Source: Octopus bimaculoides
Lineage: Eukaryota
Assembly (NCBI RefSeq): GCF_001194135.2
Contig: NC_068984.1
Location: forward strand, 119,546,954-119,606,299
Direction of reading: 5' to 3'
DNA length: 59,346 nt
The notes under the pieces are model-generated. The model was not told where the DNA came from, searched no databases, and saw nothing but the letters and a program-made list of their open reading frames with translations. How positions within the stretch are numbered: the first letter of the stretch is position 1; the number at the start of each line of letters is the position of its first letter. Of the stretch, positions 50,430 through 59,346 are shown piece by piece. A program made the position numbers and the translations under genes.

Positions 50430-50598
50430 CAAACTGACCAGGTGTGGCCTCTCACACCTATCTTACAATGTCATTCTAAAAGTAAACAATCACATCTTTG
50501 AAATCTCAAAGTTACAAGGTAATACATGATGAATTTTTTAAAATGTGAATAAATAAGCCATCACATTTGACAAAGTAATCTGAATGCTAAAGGGTTAA
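50430..50598 (-). mobile_element. piggyBac-like MITE family A, partial
   Basis: Reverse copy ending aatctgaatgctaaagggTTAA. Confidence 0.8.
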
Positions 50599-50932
50599 AT
50601 TTGAAGCTTACCAGTAGAATTGTTGTAAAGTTACCAGTCATGATGTAGCAGCTATGAGTTCAAGGCTTGCTATTTGTGTTGCACTGTATTCTTAAGCAAC
50701 ATACATAACTCCTTCATGTAATGCTGTTGTCTAGTCTTACTGTGAGAAGCTTTCAACTGTATATAACATTGGCTGTGAATATTATAATTGATTAAACAAA
50801 AACAAAAAAGAAAAATTAAAGCTTGTTGAATTCATGTTAGCTCAAGAAGGGGAAATAATATAATACACAACATTCCTATGGTAATTTCTGAGAACATGAA
50901 TGTGTACCCACATGCATGCATGCACATATGCA

Positions 50933-50960
50933 CTCTCTCTCTCTCTCTCTCTCTCACTCA

Positions 50961-51014
<54 letters not shown>

Positions 51015-51022
51015 TACACACA
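50933..51022. repeat. Compound (CT)n(CA)n microsatellite
   Basis: Direct observation. Confidence 0.95.
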
Positions 51023-51284
51023 CGGAAACTTTATTTAACCGTCATTTAGTCCAAGGTGGTCAAAGTTGTTCCAGCCACAACCATCCTGTCTTTTTAAGAA
51101 TATAAAAGATTTCACTAAATATGTTTTTTCCATGACAGCAGGGTGTGATTTGAGGAAGATTTGGCTGCTATTTTTACCAGGCCAAACGACTATGTAGAGG
51201 CTCCTTTACTAGTTTGAAACTTTAAATGGTATTTTGTTACTCGAGATGTGTTAAATCTATTATTTGGTTTGAAGAACATTGGGA

Positions 51285-51610
51285 AAAAATGGCTGAGTGG
51301 TTAAGAAGCTTGCTTTGCAATCAAATCAAATGGTTCAGCTGCACTATGTAGAACCTTAGACAAGTATCTTCTACTAAAGCCCTTGTAAGTGAATTTGGTT
51401 GATAGAAGCTTTGTGGAAGTCCATTGTGTGTGTGCATGTATGCGTATGTGTGTGTCCCTGCTTGACTAGTGTTGATTTCTTTATGTATATAAGTGCCAGA
51501 CTTTAAAAACACTGGTGTCAATTTGTTCAACTAAGCCCTTCACATTTGTTCAACAAGGTGGTGTTCCAGCATAGCTGCAGTCCAATGTTTGAAACAAGTA
51601 ATAGATAAAT
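51285..51610 (+). mobile_element. tRNA-SINE family 1, near full length, diverged
   Basis: Head atggctgagtggttaagaagc; tail ccagcatagctgcagtccaatgtttgaaacaagtaa. Confidence 0.8.
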
Positions 51611-52299
51611 GATAGCAGAATAGAACAAATCAACATTTAAAAAATTTTTTTGTTTTTGGTAGTTATTCATACATGATACATATTTCAACTGCAGTGTTTT
51701 AGCTCTGCACCATTCTTACAATTTCAGTATTTATCCTTGCTGTAGTCTCTCCATGCATGTGGAACAGCTGGCAAACATTTGGAAGTACAAATTAAAGATC
51801 AAACCAACTTATCTAATTTTATGACAAATTTTACTCACAGCACTCTTTAGCTTCTAATATTTTAAAATTACTTGTTCCTTAACAGTGTTATGTTTCAGTG
51901 CTTTGCTGCACATAGAGCTATAGATTTTTAGCCAACACTATGTAATGCACCAGTTGAGGCAAACCTATGATGCACCATGAGTCTGTAGCTGACACATAAT
52001 GGACTTTGAGCTTTATAATCAATATGTCTGAATAGGGAAAAGAGGAATTGGCTGGACTAGTTTCAGTCCTGTTATGGAATTTCAGCAGTAACTATTGAAT
52101 TTTGGAATTTCAGCGGTGACTAATCATCTACAGAGACACTGTTACTAAGGACTTTGGTAAATTGGTTAGACTTATTTGCACATATAAGGCATCTTAGCAG
52201 TTCAATTAATAAATTACTAATGTGTTGATTTGTTTCAATGCTGCACTATAGATTTTAAACTTTCACTTTAATTATTCATGTGAATACTTCATTTTGGTG

Positions 52300-52493
52300 T
52301 ATCTTTTATCTTTTATGTGTTTCAGTCATTAGACTGTGGCTCTGCTAGTGTACCACCTTGATTTTTTTTTTTGATTTTTTTTTACTTGAATGACTCAACC
52401 GCAGAACTTATTTTTTAAGCTTGGTATTTATTCTTTTTGGTCTCTTTTGCCAAACTGCTAAGTAACAAGGATGCAAAGACACACACACACACA
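52300..52493 (-). mobile_element. tRNA-SINE family 1, 3' half running into a gap
   Basis: Family tail in reverse. Confidence 0.8.
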
Positions 52494-53559
52494 NNNNNNN
52501 NNNNNNNNNNNNNNNNNNNNNNNNNNNNNNNNNNNNNNNNNNNNNNNNNNNNNNNNNNNNNNNNNNNNNNNNNNNNNNNNNNNNNNNNNNNNNTACACAC
52601 ACACACTAGCAGCTAAGCCCGGTTTCACCCGGTCTGTTTGGATGATGCGGTTGTGATTGTTTTCAGTTAGGCATAATCTATAACAGCTTTTCTCAACCTT
52701 ATCATTTCGGGTCCCCTATTTTGATTGGAGGTTTCAGCTGTATGAAAATTTCCTGGACCCCCTTCCCTTATCAGAAAACAACTTCAGGGGTTGTGAAGAA
52801 CGCATTTACACGTAGTCTGTTTCTGAGAGCTATTCTATTGGACCTCTGTCTAATCATTAAAACATTGGGCGATCTTTCGATATGGGAGCACACAACTGTC
52901 ACTTACAAACCACTTATAAACCCCGTGTCTTTATTTACATTTTTGAAGATTGTCATTGGATTCCGTAAATTTAAAAAAAAATTTTTTAAATATGGGGTTG
53001 GATGGAAAGGGGATCTTTTGAAGTCTGTGTGAAAGCAAAAGAGACGCAGAGAGCTCGATTGTATGAATGAAGTTCTTTTGAAGTTGGCGTGAAGCGGAAG
53101 AATTGATGTGCGTGCATGTGTGTGTGTTTGATGAGGCGTGCGAGACAGAATGTGAAGTGTGTATGTGAATTGCTTTTGTTAATGTGTGTGTGAAGAGACA
53201 GAGAGAATAATGTTGCTGGTGTGTACATGTGAGAGAGAGAGAGAGAGAGAAAGAAAGAAAGAAAGAGAGAGTGATAACTGAAATTTTTATTCACTTTTTG
53301 TAGTGAGTGAATGACAGAGAAAAAGCGAGAGACGTTATGTATGTATGAATGGCTTCAGTGATTCACACACGCACGCAGGTTGTTATGTATGTATGTATAC
53401 ATAGATGTATGACCGAGAGAATGTTAACTGAAATTTTGTTATTCTCAATTTTGTAATGCAAAGTTGAGATATCTGGTTAGTTATTGTTTGCCTAGATGTT
53501 GTAGGCTACCAGCACTTCCACTGAAACTTGACTCCATATTATTATCATCATCACAAGCA

Positions 53560-53722
53560 CTTTAACACTTTAGCTTTCAGATTTCCCTTGTCATATGCAT
53601 TATCTTGCATTTTTAGAATGGCATTATAGGGTAGGTCAGAGAGGTTGGATCTGGTCAGTTTTAACATAAAACAAGTATAATATTTGGGCTGTATATAGCT
53701 GGATTAAATGCTAAAGGATTAA
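53560..53722 (+). mobile_element. piggyBac-like MITE family A, internally deleted
   Basis: Both degenerate ends present. Confidence 0.7.
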
Positions 53723-53749
53723 TTAAAAATAAAATTATTGTAAAGTAAA

Positions 53750-53950
53750 TGTAACAAATGAAAAATCCTTCAAGAATCCATAAAAATTCCTGGATCACTA
53801 CCAAAATTTCAGCATCTGTTCCTTGTGTCACTACCAACTTTTCCTGCAAGTTTCATCAAATACCGTTCACGACTTTTTGAGTTATTTTGCACACAGACAG
53901 ACAAACCAACGCCGATAAAAACATAACCTCCTTCCTTGGCGGAGGTAATA
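53750..53950 (-). mobile_element. Helentron-type (HINE-like) element, 5' part
   Basis: Minus strand reads ttattacctccgccaaggaaggaggttatgtttttatcggcgttggtttgtctgtctgtgtgc: subterminal hairpin plus GTCT microsatellite. Confidence 0.75.
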
Positions 53951-54384
53951 ATAAATCAACATCCACTTGACAAGATATATCTCCAGCTACTTAAAACTCT
54001 ATATTAGGAACATTTTCTCAAATAGCCAGCTCAGTTTAGGATGGAACATATTAAAAATGAAGAAGTTTAATGAACCTTTTTGAATTTAACAACTGGTTCA
54101 AGACTGATGGATTGAAGAAGTTTACTAGTATTTCTTACTTCAGTAAACATTTCTACTTCATATAGCTCATAATCTGTATCGGTCACAGACCTAAGTTGTT
54201 ATTTCTTGTTGGTAATTTTAGTTTTACCTTAAAAAATAATGGCAGACTTTTGGGGCGTATTCTTTACACAAGTATTTTGTCAAATGCTAGAATGTTATGG
54301 CCAAGTTCTTGGTAAATCAGTAACATAGTTTGCTATTGTTACTCAATTGCTGTGTGATGCATTATTTTTATAACTAAGATAATA

Positions 54385-54600
54385 CCAACATCATCATCAT
54401 CATATGTCCATTTTCCATGCTGGCATGGGTTGGACAAATCGACAGGAGTTGGCCAGCTAGAAAGCTGCCCAGGCTCCAATTGACTGTTTTTGGCATGGTT
54501 TTTATGGCTGGATCCCCTTCCTAATACCAACCGCTTAATAAAGTGTACTGGGTGCTTTTTATGTGGCACCAGCACAGATGCTTTTTATGTGACACCAAAA
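54385..54600 (+). mobile_element. Short RTE 3'-end-derived repeat (representative copy)
   Basis: (CAT)n-tccattttccatgctggcatgggttggac...ggctggatccccttcctaat. Similar copies near 6505, 22730, 23680, 43795, 46150, 55320, 56720, 57670 and 58400. Confidence 0.75.
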
Positions 54601-54828
54601 TAGGTGCTATTACTTGATGATCATGTAAAAATCAGAAATTGGAAAAAACCTTTCCTTCTTCCTATTAAAAGATCAATTTTGAAACCCTTTATTTCAACTT
54701 TAATATTTGATATTATTGAGTAAGGAATATTATGAATTCACTTTTGATAAATGAAATTGAATTTTACTCATATTAAAAATGTAACTTTTACTAATTGAAA
54801 TGTTTTTCCCCTTTTTTCTTTCCTCAAG

Positions 54829-54937
54829 AATGGCAAAAGCTTCCATGTCCATGACCAAGTGCGATTTGCAAAGGAAATATTACCATTGTACTTCAAACAT
54901 AACAACATTGCCAGTTTTATTCGGCAACTGAATATGT
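54829..54937 (+). CDS. HSF1: Heat shock factor, coding exon 2 (DNA-binding domain)
   Basis: Long pyrimidine tract and acceptor cctcaAG at 54827-54828; 109 nt. Translates [36 protein letters not shown]+T, containing the HSF signature LPxYFKHNNxxSFxRQLNxY. Donor GTAAGT at 54938, phase 1. Gene continues beyond the window. Confidence 0.97.
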
Positions 54938-54961
54938 GTAAGTTTCTTCAGCTATTTACTT

Positions 54962-55172
54962 TTTAACTTTTTTTATTATCATGTATCTGTTGGTATAGAT
55001 TGCTGTTGTTTCAATTAATTTTGAAAATAATGAAGAAATTAGGAAGATAACTTTGTTACTAAGCTAGTGTCTGGAACATAAATTAGCATGAAATTTAGAA
55101 GGAAGGTTTTTCATTCAAGAAGTTTGTATCTGAACTAAGGCAGTGTCAAGCAGGTTGATACCAAAAGGGTTA
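54962..55172 (+). mobile_element. TTAA-flanked MITE family B
   Basis: Ends gttgataccaaaagggTTAA; matches 45077-45290. Confidence 0.7.
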
Positions 55173-55770
55173 AACAGTTTCTGAGTCTTTCATGAAGAAA
55201 TACTAACAATACAATCCGTTAGTCTATTCTTGTCTGTATACCATGCAGCATTTTGATTTTAGTTTTTCAATGTTTTGATGTTATATTGGAAAAGTTTTGA
55301 TATAATTTTGGAAAGATTCATCATCATCATTTAACATACACGTTCCATGCTGGCATGGGTTGGATGGTTTGATAGGATCTGGTGAGTCCAAAAGTTGCAT
55401 CATGCTCCAGTATTGTTTCTGCAGCTGGATCCCCTTCCTAGCACCAATCACTTTATTGTGTGTACTGGGTGCTTTTGTTGTCATGCAGCTTGCAGGACTA
55501 AGAACCCTGGGGAAGGTGGGAGTCAGCTTTATGGCTGTTAATGTATGAAAGGGGTTGCTGAGCAGGTTCTTGTAGAGGATTTGTGGCTACTTACATTTAA
55601 TAGAAGGGCAGAAAAAGAGAAATGATCAATTAGCATGGTAAAGAGTTGAGTGTTACAAACAGTTTATGTTACAAATTTAACAAAGATATACTAAAAAGTA
55701 GTATGAATATCAAATGATATTGTTAGGATGTCATTTTACTGTGGTTATTTGCCTTGAAAAATCCTCTCAC

Positions 55771-55890
55771 ATAGATGTCTAGTGCTAAGAAACAGAAATA
55801 TCAGTAGCAGATAAGAATGGTTCTGTTCTCTTACTGGATAATTCTCACCTGCTGCTAATATTTTTGTGCTTCTTAGCACTAGGCATCTAT
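55771..55890. other. Imperfect ~50-bp-arm hairpin
   Basis: 55771-55818 vs 55841-55890 are reverse complements differing mostly by transitions. Confidence 0.85.
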
Positions 55891-55959
55891 ATTACACCAC
55901 AGTAATACTGCAGTTTTACAATACATCCATGTTAAGTAGGATATAAAGATTGCCATTAG

Positions 55960-56125
55960 GAAGTAGGACAGTGGTAAGAAGCTTGCTTCCCAACCACATG
56001 GTTCTGGGTTCTGTCCTACTGTGAGGCACCTTGGGCAAGTATCTTCTACTATAGCCTTGGGCCGACCAAAGCCTTGTGAGTGGATTTGGTAGACAGAAAC
56101 TGAAAGAAGCTTGTCAAACACACAG

Positions 56126-56158
<33 letters not shown>

Positions 56159-56368
56159 TGTATGTATTTTTGTCCCCCCCCCCCCCCCCACCATTGCTTG
56201 ACAACTGATGTTGGTGTGTTTACGTCCCCATAACTTAACTGTTGTCAAAAATGACTGATAGAATAAGTACTAGGCTTACAAAGAATAAGTCATGGAGTTG
56301 ATTTGTTCGACTAAAGGTGGTGCTCCAGCATGGCTGCAGTCAAATGACTGAAACAAGTAAAAGAATAT
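55960..56368 (+). mobile_element. tRNA-SINE family 1, full length
   Basis: tRNA-like head, central (CA)/(TG) and C run, tail gcatggctgcagtcaaatgactgaaacaagtaaaag. Confidence 0.9.
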
Positions 56369-56959
56369 TGATATAGTAGATGACTGCTTTATTTTCTTTG
56401 TTAAATTGAGGTTATATCAAGCACTGTAGCCCAATAGAGTACACAGGAAAAAGAAGGAATGTTCCTTCTACTTTCTGACTAGTTATAAGATCATTGTGTT
56501 ACTGAATACAGTCAAAAGTTCTTTTTTCATTTCTTTGTTTTGAAAAAGAATTGTGTGTTATTCCCACACCGTGGGAAGTTTATCAAGTTAAAAAGTGTTG
56601 CAAGTGTACACAAAGAAAGGAAAATAAATTCTCTAAGTCTTAACATAATGTGAATGTTTCTGTATATTTGTTTATGTTGCTTACAGAAATTAAGCTAGCG
56701 AGAGAGACAGTTAGTGGACAGTCATCATCATCATTGATGTCTACTATTCCATGCTTACATGGGTCATATGAAATTCATTGAGTCAAATTTTCTATTACTA
56801 GATGCTCCTTGTGTTGCAAAAGCTTACCTGTTTCCCTAGTCCCATGAATGCAAAGAGCACAGTGGCCAGGCATGTTTTCATGGAAGATTGCAAGCAAGTG
56901 TAATTGTTTGTATAACAGTGATATTTGTTTACAAGTGTCATGCAGTATGAAGACAAACA

Positions 56960-57140
56960 GAAATATGCAAACACATACACATGGGCTTCTTTTAGTTTCT
57001 GTCTATCAAATCCATTTATAAGGCTTTGGTTGACCTGGGGCTGTAGTAGAAGACACTTGCCCAAAATGCCATCCAGTAGAACTCAATCCCAAACAATATG
57101 GTTGTAAAGCAAACTTTTTAACTGTACAGTTATGCCTGCA
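56960..57140 (-). mobile_element. tRNA-SINE family 1, 5' half
   Basis: Family match in reverse. Confidence 0.8.
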
Positions 57141-57309
57141 CCATTACACTATAATTTTTATTTTATTTAATATAATTTTTCATGTTACATTCATTTAAAT
57201 TTTATATTCAAACAACACTTTAATCTAGAAAATGAAGGATTTTGTTACTGGTGGTGGTTATTTCTTTTAAAATAATCATTTATTTAAATGTTTTAAGTTG
57301 TAATGAATA

Positions 57310-57648
57310 TAAAGACCCCCCCCCCCACCGCTTAGTCACAACTGACCATGAGATTGCACCTAGAAAGTTCCCCTCTGAGGCACAAGTCCAGGCAAGGTTG
57401 TTTGTTAGAGACCAGCAGTTGTGCATGCATACCAATCTCTCCTCTTCACACCACTGATGTTGTCTAAAGAGAAAGACAAAGGCTGATACAGCTTGGCACC
57501 AGTGATTTTGCAACTCATCTCTACAGCTGAGTGAAAAGGGAGCAATGTGAAGTAAAAGTGTCTTGCTCAAGAACACAACACACAGCCCAGTCTGGGAATT
57601 GAACTCACAATCTCACGATTGTAAGCCTGATGCTCTGACCACTGAGTT
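57310..57648 (-). mobile_element. tRNA-SINE family 3
   Basis: Minus-strand head gtaactcagtggtcagagcatcaggcttacaatcgtgagattgtgagttcaattccc (A and B boxes), followed by gtgttcttgagcaagacact. Confidence 0.75.
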
Positions 57649-59346
57649 ACGTGTGTGTGTGTGTGTGTGTGTGATCATCATTATCACACGTTCATTTTCC
57701 ATGTAGGCATGTGTTGGACGATTTGACAGGAGCTGGCAAGCCAAAGGAATGTGCCAAGATTTATTGTCTGCTTTGGCATTGTTTCTAAGGCTGGATGCCT
57801 TTCTTTCTTACCACCAACCACTTTATGAAGTGTCCAGGGTATTTATGTGGTGCCACCACCAGCAAGGTCAAGTAATTTGCAATACAAGACCTCCCCCAAC
57901 TTAGTATGGAGTAGTATTGAGAGAATCAGATTTGTACCAGGTAGTGAGGAGTTGAAGTATAATAGTTGGATGGACAGAAACAGGTGTCTTCCTGTAAAGG
58001 AGATAAGTGGTTATCCCAGTGTGAGGAGGGAAGGAGAGAGGATGGTGGTGAAAATGTTTTCAGATGTATCTTCAAGTTATGGGTAGGTGGATATAAATGA
58101 AATGATACTGAGATTTGGACTGGACAGACACACACATATTGGTAATTCATAATCAGAGATTACCAATTTAAAAATCCTTGATTTTCGTTTTATAGTATCT
58201 TTCATATATGCATACATACATTTTTATATATTAAGGTATATAACTAAGTTTAATTGTAATTTTTTATAGCCTTTTGATAAAAAAACAGCCTTTTTTTTCC
58301 TTTAAAATTTTGTAAACTTTGTTTTATGGTTAATTGCTTGTAACTCCCTTTAATATCATTATTATCATTGTACATCTATTTTCTATGCTGACATGATCTG
58401 GGAAAATTGTCATGACCTGAGTCAGTTCTTAATCAGACTTATTGCTCTCCTGAGCATGTTAGAGAGCCGCATTTCACTTGTATGTTTCATTTTGGCTTAC
58501 TTTCTATGGCTAAATGCCCTTTGTCATACCAACCTCTCTACTAAGTATACTGGTGCATTTTAATAAACAATATAAAAAATATTAAAAATCACAACAGCAT
58601 TTACATTCTAATATTAGCAGGTTAGACTGCTAAAATGTAGCTCAACGAGTCACATCTGCCATGTATATTGTGTGTGTTCAGTCTATAGAAAAATGTACAA
58701 TTAGTTTGATTACAAGAAGACATATGTGTCAGAGGTCTCATAAATTTAAGAATCAAAACTAAAAGTTTTTATGTACTAACTCAGCAGTCCTTGGTTAAAC
58801 AATAAATGTACCCTACTTCCTATGTATCTATCCACCTGTTCATCCATCCATCTCTCCCTCCTTCATTAAGTATTCAATACACCCTTATGTTAGAAATGTG
58901 TTGACTTTTTATTCAGTCATTTCGTCTTAATCCATTGATGTGTGTAGTTAACCTAAAAGCTGATTGAACAAAATCTCAGTTTTGGTAGAACCATAACAGA
59001 TGCAATCTTCTCACAATTTCAAATATTGTGGCAGTGAAGTTAATTTGGTTATTTAAGTTTTCAGATCTCAAAACTCGTTTTAAGCATAGGGATCTCTTTA
59101 CACAAAATAGTTTATTCACCTCTGTCTATCTAAACAGAAATAGTTCTCTTTCTGCTTGGGTTAACCATCGTTAAACTACACTTTATCCAGGCTGACTCCT
59201 ATTTCTTAACTACAAATGGAAAGAGATGGGAGTTTATGTTTTAGGAATCACTTTGATTCAGGAAAATGATTTGGTTTCTTGGAAACCAAACTATGTAATT
59301 CCTTAAACATTCACCACACAAATATATATATATATATATATATATA

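Larger units (their letters stand above)
15077..54828 (+). other. HSF1: HSF intron 1 (39,752 bp)
   Basis: GT...AG, phase 0; the join gives ...[15 protein letters not shown]..., collinear with HSF DBDs (human, from memory: ICWSP/SGNSFHVFDQ). Confidence 0.9.

Noticed and set aside
52606-53000. Possible Helitron-like element starting actagcagctaagcccgg
   Set aside because: Only the first ~30 nt are suggestive and no matching end was found; not supportable without a library search.
53348-53362. atggcttcag resembling the start of HSF exon 3
   Set aside because: It lies upstream of exon 2, has no preceding AG, and sits in simple-repeat DNA.
56685-56760. Strong acceptor ttgcttacAG in intron 2 that would create T+AA (stop) after exon 2, i.e. 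a poison exon
   Set aside because: It does not encode the expected YGFRK continuation, has no convincing donor, and such acceptors are common by chance; it needs junction reads.

Overview
AT-rich, repeat-dense eukaryotic genomic DNA with 7 N-gaps. The repeat families (RTE LINEs with (CAT)n tails, microsatellite-containing tRNA-SINEs, TTAA-flanked MITEs) look like an octopus/coleoid cephalopod draft assembly; the organism call is inference. Two spliced + strand genes are supported. (1) The last two exons of mitochondrial ribosomal protein L3 (MRPL3; 180-257 and 3025-3267). (2) The first two coding exons of heat shock factor (HSF; 14957-15076 and 54829-54937), which encode the N-terminal DNA-binding domain and are separated by a 39,752-bp intron; exon 3 was not found in the window. 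Almost all entries in the ORF track are spurious or transposon fragments, and neither HSF exon is in it. The rest is transposon debris: RTE, Gypsy, mariner, hAT and piggyBac-type MITEs, Helentron-type elements and several SINE families. The most notable unexplained structures are: a ~4-kb interrupted giant palindrome ending ~660 bp before the HSF start codon; a 10-bp-periodic array in heat-shock-element phase upstream of HSF; and several long hairpins, including a perfect 31-bp stem in HSF intron 1 and a 24-bp stem made by inverted duplication inside a Gypsy relic. I found no rRNA, true tRNA or CRISPR array, and nothing that proves a new biological system. Repeat boundaries are approximate unless target-site duplications are given, and all family assignments are from memory without database searches.
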